DNA from: Geosiphon pyriformis uo1
Lineage: Eukaryota; Fungi; Glomeromycota
Assembly: GCA_016748015.1 (NCBI GenBank)
Contig: JAAOMT010000197.1
Location: 96,388 to 160,387 of the forward strand
Length of the DNA stretch: 64,000 nucleotides
Direction of reading: 5' to 3'
Within the stretch, counting starts at the first letter, position 1. Each line of letters starts with the position of its first letter. Shown one piece after another: positions 12,801 through 27,508 of this stretch. Under the pieces are notes generated by a model, which worked only from the letters and a program-made list of their open reading frames with translations, searched no databases and was not told where the DNA came from. The position numbers and the translations under genes are program-made.

Positions 12801-15400
12801 TTTCCAAATTTCATGTTTAAACCAAATTACTTATTTTCTTACCTTTGTTCTTGGTCAGATGCTTTAAGCATAAAAATACCTTGAACAAATAACGACTTGG
12901 ACCAATTGTTTTTGATCACAATAATTAACAATATTAATTTTTTTCTTTAATTTTATTTTATTTTTTATTTTTATTTTATTTTTTTATTTTTTTGTAAAGT
13001 GACAACATAAAAAAATCAGCTGTTTAAGAATAAACTTTGTGATAATTTGGTAAAAAAAAAAAGCTTTTCTTAAGATTGAATATTACATTATCTTGTTAAC
13101 TTATCAGAAGAACAAAAAGACACTACCAGATTTTAGTAACTATATTTAACTAGTTTGAAGAAAATAGCTCATATATACAAGTTGTAATACTGCAAAACTA
13201 TATTTCTGTGTCTTATAACCAAAAAACTCTATTGGTAAATTCATATTCATTATAAGACTTTTAAAACTGATAACACTAATATATTGTATAAGCCTACAAA
13301 AAAATCTTTAAGCTTCTCTTATCTAAATTTAAAGCACCAAACATTATTATTATATTCCACCAAATTTATTTATAATACTACACATCTTAATGCACTGCAA
13401 ACTAGTTCTTAGATAATACTATTCTATTGAATTATAAGCCTTGTACATATCTTGTAAAACCAACCAAAGTTCTCTATTCTTTTTTAATATGTTTTTAATA
13501 ACTAAACCAACAGCAAAAATAAGTAATTGAGTTGAAATACCTTTTAATACAAAAAAGTTATTATCACAAAAAATATTAAATTTGCTATATACTAAGGATA
13601 TTCAATCAAAAAAAATCTTTAACAAAATCTTCTTAAGTATAATAGACTAGATATTTATTAAAACACTATTCTATTTATAAGATTTGAGGATTATTGAAAC
13701 CTATGCTTTCTTTCAAAAAACTAGAATTATATCCAAAATCAGACACAAATTTAGCAACTTCAAAAGATATTTCAACATCTTATTATTGTAATGTTTTCAT
13801 AGTTTATTTGGAATTCTTAATAATTTAATGGCATTACTATCCAGTAAAATATTAACCACCAAAGCCAGTTTTTCTATATCAATCTCTTTTATTACACTAG
13901 AAAAAACATTATAATTAATATAATCCAAAGACATATATTGATAAGACCAAAGTTCAAGTAATCTTAAAAATATAAACTATTTTTTCATTTACTTTTTTAT
14001 GGTTTTATCAATTCTAAGCTTTACTTTATTAAGCTTTACAACCAATTTATTTTCAACTACCAAGTAATTCAAAACAACTTTGTAAAAAGGCTGTTTTAAA
14101 ACACTTTTTATTATTCTCTCTTTGTTAAAGCAGAAATCTTCTATATGTTGTTTAATTGTATTCTAAATAGCCATGTTTTTAGATCTCTTAAATTCAAAAT
14201 ACTTAGATTTCTAATACTTTTTTCTGATCATTAACAAATGCTTAATAATGTTTATTGAACACATATTATTAAGAATTATATTAACAATTTTAGATATTTT
14301 AATACTATTAATAATTAACCAAACTTTAACAAGATAATCAACTGCCAATAAATTTTTAAAGCCTTATTTTTTTACAATTTTAGCAATAAACAGCTCTAAT
14401 TTGAGAAATTTTAACAATTATTTGTTTTTCAAATAATTATATATATTATACCAATATTTAAAAAACATTATATTAGCAAATTGTACCATAATCTCTTTTA
14501 ATACTTTCCATATTGTATCTAAATTACCACAAGACTCTGTCTTCTTGAATACATTTGACACTACTAGCAACTTATTAGAAAAACATTTCTTAAATTATAT
14601 CTATTTGGCTTTATTTGCATTTTTTATCTTAAACTTTCATTAATTTCTATTAACTTATTTATAAATACTATTAAGTTAAATATTCAGAAAACCACCCAAA
14701 CCAACTAAGATTGAAACTGTCTTGTAATCTATATCAAAAAATTTTAACATAATATTAATCTTATAGTCTATAACAGTAGAAGTCAGGTTTTTATTCACAA
14801 ATATAAAATCTAAAACTTTCTCAATACTTTTAAAATTGTTCTATGTAGATACTTTGGCTAATGAATGTTTATTGAATATATTAACCAAACTCAGATCTAA
14901 ATAAAACTTGAAACTCACATTTTTTTCAATTCATTTTCATTAAAATTTTTATTCAAGATTATGAAAGTATTGAAATTAACTGTTTTGACAATAAAAAAAT
15001 TAATTTTTAATGTCTGCTCGAATTTAATTCTAAAAAAAACATCTGTATACAACTTCAAAATTGTTATTAAGAATTTATTTTTAAACAAAAAATGAATTAA
15101 AACAATTCTGCTCAAAATTTTATTAATTTTTAAGATATGTTAAGCCAAAAAATTGTTTATAATTATAGCTATTTCAGTGCCAAAAAAACTTTTATTCAGA
15201 CCAGATGTAAAGATTTGCACTTTTTTAAACCTATTTACTATCCAAAGCCTAATATTAGACTTCAATTTAGTTTTTATAATAATAAAAATCATTTTATTCA
15301 AATTTATATGCCACTAAACCATATCTATTTGCTTAACAGAAACATTAATACCTTTAATATTACATATAACAATCTTTTACATGAGATCAGTTATTATTAA
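9880..15400 (-). pseudogene. LINE ORF2 remnant (APE-RT-RNase H), heavily mutated
   Basis: Fragments 10335-10529, 10939-11172, 11350-11607 and 14915-15115 are homologous to the + strand LINE ORF2. Confidence 0.8.
12471..13343 (+). mobile_element. Probable solo LTR of a fourth family inserted in the LINE RT (boundaries approximate)
   Basis: ~870 bp of non-LINE sequence interrupting RT. Has short AATAGC-like repeats, a TATA-like run and a T-rich tract like the other LTRs; ends ..AACA; candidate TSD CTAT/TTAT. Confidence 0.55.
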
Positions 15401-16339
15401 AAAAAAGTATTTAAACCCAAACTTTTGTTATCCACTTTGGCTAGCAAACCCATTGTTATTTATAAAATATAGAAATTATATATTAGTATACAAATTAGCT
15501 AATTAAAATAAGACACAATAAAGTAGAATTCCAGGATTTTTGGCTAGAGAATTAAGAAATTAAAGAAATCTTATATAACAAAATTTATGTATATATAGCA
15601 GTAGCATTAAAAAAAAACAGAATTTTTAGTTTAGAATCTTCAGTTCCAATTTTCTATTTATCTCTTTATATGATAGTATTCTATGACTTAAAATGGAAAA
15701 CATAAATATATCAATAAAATACTTGTTAAATATTACAATCCATCTTTTCACTATTAACAATTTATATTGGTAGTTACTAATACTTAACTACATTGAACCA
15801 ATAGCTCTTGATCATGGCTATTAATGAGATACTAACTCTTTCTTGCCTTGGCTTCTCTCTTTATTTCTCTTTTTATTATTTTTATTATTTTTATTATTTT
15901 TTTTTCTGTTTATTGTGAATTTACTAATTGATTAAAAGATTAATGTACAGAGTACTGACATCAGGATATAGCATTGGTAAAAGATCCAGAAATAAAAGTA
16001 GACACTCAAGATTGAGGATAGCTTACCAGAAAATATTGGCCATCAAGCTAAGAAAAAAATTGATAGAATATAGATATTCTGAAAAGTAACAGACAACAAA
16101 GCACACCAACTTGAGGGTTGAGAAAACTAGAAACATTATACTAAGATATCAACATTGAATCTCTGTTTATTATACAAAAAACTTAACCAAAATCTTCAGA
16201 TACCAACACCATTATATCAATTGAGCACTAAGTTATAGGTTTGTTATTTGTTTCCTGATCCCAAATAATCACCTGTAATATTTGATGCTCCTTATAAAGT
16301 ATAATCCTACAGAGAACCAGCACCAACTACAAATACTCA

Positions 16340-19300
16340 AAAGTGGCAGAATTTGAAAAAAGAGAAATAAACCATCTAAGATTCACCAAATCTTTATTTT
16401 AAAATTATTGTCAATATTTAGGATTAACCAACAACCAACTATTAGCAGAATCAGTCTTTAACTTCTATGTTAATGAAAGAATTAAATATTTCTTAAGAGA
16501 ATCAGTAAATACAGAATCAGCAAGAGGAAATTTCTACAGTGAATTAATTCAATATACTAACTTATAAGTAAATCACAACTTCATACCAATTATCATTGAA
16601 ATCAACCAAGAAATTAAAAATTACACCCAATAAACATTTTCTATTACCTATGCAGAAAAAGGCAAGAGAAAACTACAAACACCAGCAGAAACACTAAAAA
16701 AAATACAACTACTTACTTAAAAGAAACCAAGAGTAGTTTCTTTTATTCATCTATTATATCACTATACACTAAGAAGCATTATCAACATAACATCAGCAGA
16801 TGCATTTACATTAACTGCAAGAACACTATTAGTAAGAATAACATTTCAAAGCAACCAAAAAAAAGCTAATTTATTTAGAATTTGCAGCAATTATTTTGAG
16901 AAATTCAAATCACAATCATCAATATCATCAGGATTTTGATTACTGTTATTCCAACCAGATTTCGGAACCACTAGTCCTTGAGAAATAATGGAATCAGAAA
17001 AAGAAAAAGATAAGAATTAGGAATTTAATTATCAAAACCCAATCCCAAAAAACCTGGAAATTCAAATTTCGATTGTTTCAACTTAGCAAAACCTAAACAA
17101 TCCAAACAATGTCCCTATTGTTTATCAAAACTTATTTCCAGTGATTATAATAAATCCATTACCAGTTGTACCAATCAGCAAACAGCAACAACAACAGCCA
17201 TAACCATCATCTTAACAACAACTTTAACAGCAACTACAACCATAACAACAATTATTCTTAGCACTAATAGCATATGTACCAATTACAAAACTCGAGAAAT
17301 TTATTAGCAAAGAAAACAATGTGCAAGTATAACTCAATGATATGAAAAAAGTCATTGCAGCCAATAGATGAAACAATACCAGAACATTAAAGATGATCTT
17401 ATATTTTCTTTAGAATATTGTTAATTCATGATATTAAAGTCTAATCCAGAAACCTCAAGACTTCAATGCATTCAAAATTGAATTTTTGAGATATTTTAGT
17501 AATAATAATAGTATCAATTGTTTAGCAAATACTTTTATAATCATTAAACAAAGAAAAACTGAAGCAGTCACTACTTACTTAAGACACTTTCATAGAAGTC
17601 TATGCCAAATACAAGCAATTAATGCAAACTACTTTACTGTACCACAAATTTTGAATCAATTTATTTGTGGCTTATACAGTAGTCTCTTACAACATGTACA
17701 TTTAATGCACCCACAAACATTTCAGAATGTCATTATTCATATCAGAGATTTCAAATCAGCTAAACTCAAAGCTAACCATGTCCAAGCTGTAAATCTAGTA
17801 ATGAACAGATTATTTGACTTGGATTCTATACTGAAATAATTCAGTGAGTCAATCAACCAAAAAATAGAAAGATACTTAGCTAACAACAATCAAACAATAT
17901 ATCAACTACCACAATATTGTGACAATTCCAAAACCTCTAACCAGTACCAAAATCAGTTGTATCTTATATCATTATTAAATTAACAATTGTGGCAACAAAA
18001 GACACATATCTGCCACAATTGTGGTAAACAAAGTTATATTAGAGTTGACTATTACACTCGAATTAATAATCAACAATTGGAAAATCAACATTAAAATTCT
18101 GATCACTGATTTCAAACTCAGAATTACCAGCCAAATCAAGACCTGTATCAATCTTATTACACTTCAATAATGCAACAAGCAATATATTCACTACCAATTT
18201 ACCAGTCTCCAGTATCAGTAATATATCAACCACAGCCACAGATTATATATTAACCCCAATAATTCTCAACACTACCACAAAACTCAGCTTAAATATCTGA
18301 AAATTCAGGACCAAGAATCACTCACACTTAACAAAACTGGTGATTGGCAATAATAATACATCAACTAATCTCCAGCTTATTACAACTGCTATTAGAATCA
18401 CATCAGCAGAGTTCAAGAACTGGGTACAACCAAAACCCAAATTCCCAAAACTATTTAAGTCTTCTGATTATCCCAAAAAACGCCAAACTCAGTAAACAGA
18501 AATCCAATTAAACCCAACTACTCACCAACAACATATCTTTAGCAACTATTACTGAAAACAAATCACTTACCACTATTTTTTTTTTCAAACTAGAGGAACC
18601 AATTGAAATGCTGCTATTTAGTAAAACCATTCTGAAATCAAAACCTATTACTGCAATGTATACAGATATTAAAGTTAATGATCAGTTTATCAAACTGATT
18701 TTAGACAGTAGATTAGCTGGCAGCATTATCACATGACAACTCATGGACCAATTAGGTTGCCAAGTTGATCACACTGTCAATGCCAAGATCATTACTACTA
18801 ATAAAACAACAAAAATGCTCATTAATGAAATTGATGACTTCTCATTTAAAATCAATGACATTATCACATCCATAAAGGTTCTCATCATAAAAGCCACATA
18901 ATACCAAGCATTAGTTGAAAATGACTGGCTGTTCAAGACCAATGCCATTCTTAACTGGACCATGTAAGAGCTCCAGCTCAGTTAAAATGGCCAACAAATT
19001 CAGGTACCTGCTATTTGCAACTATTTTAAGACAAATACCACTCAACTACCACCACTAATTGAATTTAAAAAAGAAGAAAAGAAACTTATCTAAGAAGCCT
19101 ACCAAGTCTCATGGGCTAACACCAACCACAACAATCTACTATCAGTATCTACATGAAAAAAAAAGAAAAAAAAAGAAAAAAAAGAACTCCAAGCAACCAC
19201 CTCCATATATACATTATATATTATTATCACTCAACTACAGCCAAGTTATTGTCAACCCAAGCTAATTTACATTGATTATGGCAAAAAATTGTCAACAATG

Positions 19301-22300
19301 AGTACATGTTATAGTAATAATGAGAAATGGCCAATAGCCACAAAATACTACTACTGTCCATGCATTCTTAAACACTTTAGATAACCAAAAAAACAAGAAA
19401 AATAGGACAACAAATCATGCCTTGCTTGTAAAGAAATTTTTTTAGATAAAGAAATATGAAACAACATTCCTGGTCATAGAAAAATATGCAACAAATTGTG
19501 TTAATACATGATTCTAATCAGTAATTGGGTAAAAAAAGAAATGCCCATAGACACTGTCTAAAGAAAAACTGTAAAATGTTTGAATAATTGTTCACACAAT
19601 GATGATAAAATATGGAAAATAACAATTGCCAAAATTAAAGGTACAACACCAAAAGAAATTAAAATAATCAAAAACAACTTACCAGAATTAGAAGAAATTA
19701 TTTGGGTCCCAAATTTCAATATTATCCTCAACATGATAGATTCTGAACAATTTTATAAATACTACTAAGAATTAGCACTCACTAGAGAGGAACAAGAGCA
19801 ATATTTAGAACAACTAAACATCTGACTTTATGACTACTGTTTAATATCATGTAACTTTTAGTATTGTAATAATTGTGACTTTATTTACAATCTACTACCA
19901 TAAATAATCTATTCAATTCCCAAAAAAAAAGAGCCAATTGGCAAGTGTGCAGCAGAATTGGAATCAAAATTCATTTTAATTCAAACTCTAACAATAACAA
20001 TGATAATAATGGTTTCAGTTTCATTCAATATGACAATGACAACAGCAAAGATTTAAACTTTGATTCAAACTTAAAACAATATATTGTGCTTTCCAATCTT
20101 TCAAAGGAGCAAGAACTCAAATGGTTCAGTAATAACAATAAAAGTATTATGCCAGAATGTGCACATAATATTAATACAGAATTTGATCTTAAATATCCTG
20201 GAAAAGATGCTATCAAATTGGAACCATATTCATGCACTTGTATTAATCTGAAAGTAGTACTGGAAATTCCAGTAACCACAATAGTTCAACTAGCATTTAG
20301 AAGTAGTTTAGCAAAAAAAAGAATTAACATTAAAGGAGGAATAATTGATGCAGGATATGTAGGAAATATTATTGTAATACTACAAAATAACTTGGAAAAA
20401 AAATATTATTGAACCAAATAAAAAAATAGCACAGGCAATATTCTTACCTCTGATAAAAATAGCTTAATTAGTGTTAGTAGAAACAAGAAAAAAATTAGAG
20501 ATCACAGCCAAAGAGAAAAATAGATTCAGATCCATGGATAAAATAGATATATTAGTTAATATGATAGAGAAAAAAATTGTTGACAAGAGAGAAATTATCT
20601 CCACTCATCAATTAATTTTTATTCTATCATATAACCAGTATTTAGTAGTTATTGAGAAAAAAGTAAGAAATTAATCCCAAATTTTTGAAACAAAAGCCAC
20701 TATTTGTAAATCAAGAGAGATTACTATTATTAATCTCTATATACTGGCTAAAAACCACAAACATATCAAAATTTTCATCTACAATACAACTGGAAATCTC
20801 ATCAAAATACCAAAAGGAATCACTATTGGATACTTAAGTATTGAAGTTGAAGACCAACTACCAAGCATCATTTTAGATTTTCCACAACTATGTAGATATA
20901 TGGATATTATATCATAAGCAATATATGGATAAAAAGAATGTAATTTGCTTTAATTAAAACAATTAAAACAAATGAACTTGAGAAATCTAGACCCACTTTA
21001 ATAAATGCAACTCAAGATATTGCTTAACAATTTTATTGACATTTTTGCCAGTGAAAATGAATTTAGCAGAATCAATATTATCTAGCACCAAATCAAAACT
21101 GGAGATACAATGCTAATTAAACAAAAAGCATATAAAGTACCATTAGCAAACCATAAAATCATCTAACAAGAAATCAACCAGATATTAAACAATGGGTTAA
21201 TTCAACCATTAATGAGTCCATGATTATTACCAGTGGTACTAGTCCATAAGAAGAATAGAAAAATATGCTTTTGTGTGGATTATAAAAAACTCAATAGTGT
21301 TACTTGTGGAAACAGCTATTTGACTTTATAGATTTAGGAATTATTTGATGCTTTTGGAGGAAAAAAATGATTCTCAACATTAAATCTAAACAGTGGTTAC
21401 TGACAAGTGGCCATAAAACCAGAAAACAAAAAAAAACTGCATTCATCACAAGAGAAGAAAATTTTGAATTTAAAGTAATGCCATTTGATTTAACCAATGC
21501 ACCAGCCATCTTTCAACAGCTCATAGAAATTGTTTATATGAGACTATTATGGAAATTAATAGTTATGTATCTAGATAACACTAATGTGTTCTCAAAAACA
21601 TTTGATAATTATCTTTATTATTTACAACAGGTGTTTAAGAGATTAAGAAAAACTGAATTAAAATTAAATGCAACCAAATGTTTCTTTGACAAAACAGAAC
21701 TGAAATTCTTGGAACATGTTGTAAGTAAGGATGGCATTAAAACAGATTCAGATAAGATTAAGATAGTAAAAAACTTTCCAGTATCAATAAACTTGATAGA
21801 ACTATAAACATTCTTGGAATTTGCTAGATATTACTATTGCTTTATTCAGAATTTCTCTAAACTGGCTCAACCATTCTACCAACTCCAAACTAAAAATGTG
21901 AAATATGAATAGACTGAAGCTCAATAAGAAGCTTTTAACATTCTAAAAAGAAAGCTCATTTAAGCACTAGTATTGATCTATTCAGATCACAGCAAATTAT
22001 TCATTATTACTACTAATGCATCTGGTCAAGTATTGGAAACTGTACTATCTCAGAGAAAACTGAATAAATGAAAACATCCAGTAGCATATGTCAGCTAAAG
22101 CTTAAGTTCAGCAGAAAAAAATTATAGAACACTAGTACTGGAATACTTGGCAATCTATTGGGCAGTTATTAAATAGAAAGAGTATTTAAGCCAAAAGTTT
22201 GAAGTATACACTGATTACAAAAGATTAACATCAATTCAGAAGCAAAAATTTGGAGATGACCACTATGTCAAATAAAAAATAAAACTTTTACTATTTAAAT

Positions 22301-23790
22301 ATACAGTACATTATAAAAAAGGGAAAAAAAATAGAAATGTTGATAATTTATTGCAAATAAGACAAATCTAAGAACATTTCAATCCAAAAATATAAAAAAA
22401 AATGAATACACAAAAATATCAACAACTCCAACATTATATTAATACTCAGCAGTTTAAGAAAAAATTATCTCAAAAGAAATAAAACAACATAAAACAACAA
22501 TCAAAATATTTTATTACTTACCAAAATATATTATATTAAAAAAACAGAAAAGATCCAGATCAACCATTCAGAGTAATTACAGAACCAAAGAGAAAAACAA
22601 TACTATATAACATGCATTCAGATCCAACAGCAAGACATTTTCATAAAAAAGCAACCATAGAAAGAATCAGAAAAAGATATTATTGGCCATCAATATATCC
22701 AGACATTATTCAATATGTTTAAAATTGTAATGTTTGTCAGAAAAGAGAAGAAACAAAATCCAATAAACTATTAAGACCAATTAAAGTAAGACAACCATTT
22801 GATAAAATTGGAATTGACTTAATCAGACCATTAACAATAACCAGCAAAGGCAATTATTATATAGTAGTAACCATGAATTATCTCACAAAATGATCAAAAG
22901 CAAAAGCAATTCAAAAAGCAGATGCAGAATTTGTAACTGAATTTTTTTACCAAAATTTGATTTGTTAACACAGATGTCCAAAAAAATTGTTATCAGATTA
23001 AGAAACTTATTTTGTAAACAGAACATTAACAAAATTAAGCCAAAAATCTGGAATCAGAAGACTATTATTATTATTATATTATTTATAAACAAATGATCTA
23101 GTGGAAAGATTCAACAGAACATTGTGTAAAGCAATTGCCAAAATCAGTTAAAAAAATCAGAACAAATAAAATTTGTATATACTATTTATACTATTTGCTT
23201 ATTAGATAATAAAGCAAAATACTACACAAACAACACTATTTGAATTTGTTTATAGTAAAACAGCAACATTAACAGTTGAGATAGAAGTCAATATGTATTC
23301 AATTAAATTAATAACAGAAGTCAACTTCCAAAAAATATTGCTAAGAAGAACATATAAACTAATAAAAACATTGGAAAACAAAAGATAAAAAACAGCTAAT
23401 AACATTCAAAGATCACAAGAAAAACAAAAAAAATAACATGATAACCAATTATCAGATAAGCCAGTTGAATTCAAAATTGAAAACAAAGTACTTTTACATT
23501 ATACCAAAGCAAAAAAACAATGAAGTAGAAAATTTGATTCCAAATAGAATGGATTATTTTACATAGAAAAAATTCTAGGAAATAGAGCTTATAAATTAAA
23601 ATGGGACAACAAAATTTTAGTTAAAACAGCACATAGAGATTAACTGAAACTATATTATTATACAGCATTATTATTTACCAGTAATATTCCACAACTGGAA
23701 GTACAACAAATACTAATTTAACCAGATAAAATTTCATGAAATCTGGAATTAATCATAGTTATTAATACAAACATGTTAAATTGATCAAAC
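16340..23790 (+). pseudogene. gag (CCHC ~18010) - protease (LILDS ~18694) - Cys-rich insert - dUTPase (~20120-20560) - RT (YLDN 21568) - RNase H; integrase from ~22402
   Basis: Recognisable motifs in fragments 17486-17839, 19945-20412 (RSSLAK, GIIDAGYVGNI) and 21367-21807 (VMPFDLTNAPAIFQ). Integrase core DLIRPL...NDLVERFNRTL. Confidence 0.9.
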
Positions 23791-23817
23791 AGAATAGTAT
23801 ATAAAGACATAATAGAT

Positions 23818-24473
23818 ATGACCAAAAGCAACAATAAAAAGATGGAAATTACTAATAACATCTATTTATTCACACAACAACTATTTCAATTAATTCAACA
23901 AACAAACTTGAAAATCACAATTAACGAACAAATTATTTGGTACAAAGATAATAAAAAAAAAACCCAATATTAAATGAACAGAAAATTGGAAAACACTATA
24001 GACAAAATAATAGCAAAAGTAAAATTATCAATAAAAACATCAAAAACAGTTATATTATACCAAAAAGTAATCAAAAAAACTTGAAATTGGTGGTTATAAC
24101 AATTTCTAAAAAATTTTTGTTATTGTCACTTAGAACAAACCATAAATATTCAAAATTTGTACACTGACAAAACAAAATAGTTATTTGACACAACAATATT
24201 ATAACAACTAGAACAAATTGTGGGAAAAAACAATTTGTCTATACAGGCATAAACTATGTATTAACTATATATAGAATTTCAAGAATGACTAGCAATACTA
24301 CTTAATTCCACAATAGATACAGTTACTATCAATCAATTAGATAAAATGACTAATGCCCAATTCGAAAAATTACAAATCAAAATAACTCAAGTAATTTTCA
24401 AAAAAAAAGTTCAGAAGTTAATCAAAAAAGAAGAGTAGAAGAGATAAAAAAGCTTGATAAAGCTCAATATTAA
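23818..24473 (+). pseudogene. Extra 3' ORF (ORF3) of family A, decayed
   Basis: Homologous to 61988-62647; ends LDKAQY* just before the PPT. Confidence 0.75.
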
Positions 24474-24515
24474 AAGAAAAAAATAATGTTATTTATAGAA
24501 TATAGGAATTATATA

Positions 24516-25120
24516 TAGAAGGTGTTTAAAAGTTTCTGAACAAACTTTGGAGTAATATTTTACATGCTTAAATAATTAAAAAAATATGAGTTTATTACTA
24601 AATTAAATTAGTTAATTATTTAATTACACATTTTTTGTTTTTTAAACATGCATATATAATGTTTTTTTACAACATGCATAATTGATTTTATTTATACTTG
24701 TTTTTTTATAAAAATGAAATATAATATGCATATAAGATTTTTTTGTCATTTTTATTAAAATGAAATAGAAGCAAAAAAAAATTAATAATTGCTTAACATA
24801 ATACTATATGCTTATTACAACAGCATAACAAGAAATATTGTAATATTGTTAACATAGTCAATTGCAGCTTGACAACAGTTTCAGATACAATAAAATGATT
24901 TAAAGAAACTGGTTCAATTGATTCAAAACCTTGTTCAGGACGTTTATGTTTATTTATTTACCAAAAATATTGCTGACTTAAATGTTTAGTAACATTTAAT
25001 AGAAAAATTTAGAAAATTACTATAAAATTATAAATATGTTGTTTATTTTGTTTTATTTTATAAAAAAATAAATATTATTGTTAAATAAAATCTTGTTTAG
25101 AAACTTTTAAACATCTTTTA
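24516..25120 (+). mobile_element. Tc1/mariner-like internally deleted DNA transposon (605 bp) inside the 3' LTR
   Basis: 28-bp TIRs (TAGAAGGTGTTTAAAAGTTTCTGAACAA / TTGTTTAGAAACTTTTAAACATCTTTTA), TA TSD, absent from the sister 5' LTR. Remnant TIK*FKETGSIDSKPCSGR at ~24887 matches the Tc1 HTH-GRP linker. Confidence 0.9.
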
Positions 25121-26048
25121 TATTAGTATACAAATTAGTTGATTAGAATAAAATGCAGTAGAAATGAAATTTCAAGATTTTTCTTAGAGAAATCACAGAA
25201 TTTCAGAATTATAGGATTCCAATATAAAGAATTGCAAAATTCCAGAATTCCAGAATTTCTCTCAAAGAATTACAGAATTCTAAGAATTCCAGGATTTTTG
25301 GTTAAAAAATTGAGAAAATTAAAAAATCTTATATAACAAAATTTATATATATATAGCAGTAATATTAGAAGAAAAAAAACAAAATTCTTAGTTTAGAATC
25401 TTTAGTTTCAATTTTCTATTCATCTTTTTATACAATAGTATTCTATAACTTGAAATAGAAAACATAAAAATATCAATAAAATACTTGTTAAATATTACAA
25501 TCTATCTTCTCACTATTAACAATTCATGTTGGTAGTTATTAATACTTAACTACACTAAACCAATAGCTTTTGATCATGGCTATTGACAAGATACTAACTC
25601 TTTTTTGTCTTGGCTTCTCTTTTTATTTCTCTTTTCATTATTTTCATTATTTTTTTTATTTTTTATTTTCTGTTTATTGTGAATTTACTAATTAATTAAA
25701 AGATTAATGTATGAAGTATTAATGTCAGAATATAGCACTAATAAAAAACTCAGAAATAAGAGTAAATACTCAAAATTGAAAATAGCTTATCAAGAGATAC
25801 TGGCCATCAAGCTGAAAAAAAAATTGACAGAATATAGATATTCTAAAAAGTAATAAACAATAAAGCACACCAACTCAAAAATTGAGGAAATTAGAAATAT
25901 CATACTAAGATACTAACATTGAATCTCTGTCTATTATACAAAAGACTCAACCAAAATCTTCAAATATCAATATCATTATATCAATTAAACACCAAGTTAT
26001 GGATTTGTTATTTGTTTTTTGATTCCAAATAATTACCTGTAATATCAT

Positions 26049-27508
26049 AATTATATCTAATAAATTTTTTATTTTTTTTTCAAACTTTTTGACAACTAAT
26101 AAATTTAAAATCTCTGCTCTAACAACAGTCTTGCTACTAGTGACTGCACTTAAACTTTTATTCATTATTATATCTGCTTCTTAATTTGGTAATAAAAAAA
26201 TTATCAATGGTTGACATTCAGGATTAAACTAAAAAATTATTAACTCAAGTACATTTAATCTTTTAGCCAGCTTACTAATTTGCTCTATAAAATTGTTTAG
26301 ACTGTATTTAAGAGCAGCAAACCTATTACTTACTTTCAAAAAAACCAGTGAGAAAAGTTTAACATCTAAAAATAAACCAATACCAGAAGAAACCAAAGGT
26401 ACTATATAAGAAACAAAACCATTAACAATTTGAATCCAAGTTTTTTTACCAAATAAAACTGGCCAAGCAATTAGTGCCTGTTTTTTTTTATATATATTTG
26501 CCAAGCATATTTTATCTTGAAAATTGCCTATTTATTGTAATCACTTGAATTCTTATTTATTGAACACATACCAAAAACATAACCAAATTGTTTGTACTAA
26601 GCACAACAGACCAAAAAAAAACCAGCCCAGCACAAATTTACACTCTTAAAAACTGGAGTAAAATCAACAACAGCTTTTTTGGAAACTTCATCAGCAAAAC
26701 AAATAGCAGCACACTTGTTATACCTATATATGTTTGAATTACAACCAATAAAACAAGTTTTTTTATTATATAACATTAAAACTTTAGAAAGATTATGAAC
26801 AGTAGTGCCAACTGGCAAAGTATACAACAAAGCTTAATAAAAATCTTTGAATATCCATATTTGTTTATCATTGGCTACTAAAGCCACATACATAAAATTT
26901 TTTTTTATGAGAACTAATTACTTAAAAGCAATTAGACTAGTAATATTTAATAATTTAAACTCTACTATGATCTTTTGCCAAAAACCAATTAACTGTATTT
27001 TGATTGAAATTACCCTATTAATCTAAAAAAAACTGACTTTACAACCAATTTAAGAAGATTGACCAGAATTTTTTTAATAATTACTTTTCAATTTATATAG
27101 ATATTTGTTTTTCTTATATTATTATTAACCAAAATTTTTTTATTAAATACTAATTTTTTAGTCTTATGTAAACTCAATTCTAACATAAAAAATAATCTAA
27201 TAATTTCTGGAAATTTTAAAAAAATAGATGTTTTCTCAAAACCATTAACATAATAGAAAATTTTTTTCACAGTAATTAATTTATTATTATTAGTTTTGTT
27301 AGATACAACAAACAACTCAATATCTAATGTAAACAATTTTACTAGATTAAAACGCCATTTTTTCAATACACATAACCCAACTAATAGTAACTGCTTGGAG
27401 CCAACAAACTTAGAAGACAAAAGCATTAAATCATTATTATTATCATTTAATATATTAAAATAAAAAAGTTTTTGGAAAGTGGTCTAGGACATATGTTTAA
27501 GTACATGT
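26049..27508 (-). pseudogene. LINE ORF1 (gag-like) remnant; N-terminal part continues at 37413-37763
   Basis: Fragments 26229-26504, 26597-26830 and 27088-27426 lie upstream of the APE domain. ATGT TSD joins this segment to 37409 onward. Confidence 0.75.

Larger units (their letters stand above)
15454..26044 (+). mobile_element. Full-length Ty3/Gypsy element, family A copy 1 (LTRs 15454-16280 and 24487-26044)
   Basis: TGTTAT...GTAATA ends; TSD CCAT/TCAT; decayed PBS TTTGATGCTC at 16281; decayed purine tract before 24487; domain order PR-RT-RH-IN. Confidence 0.95.
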
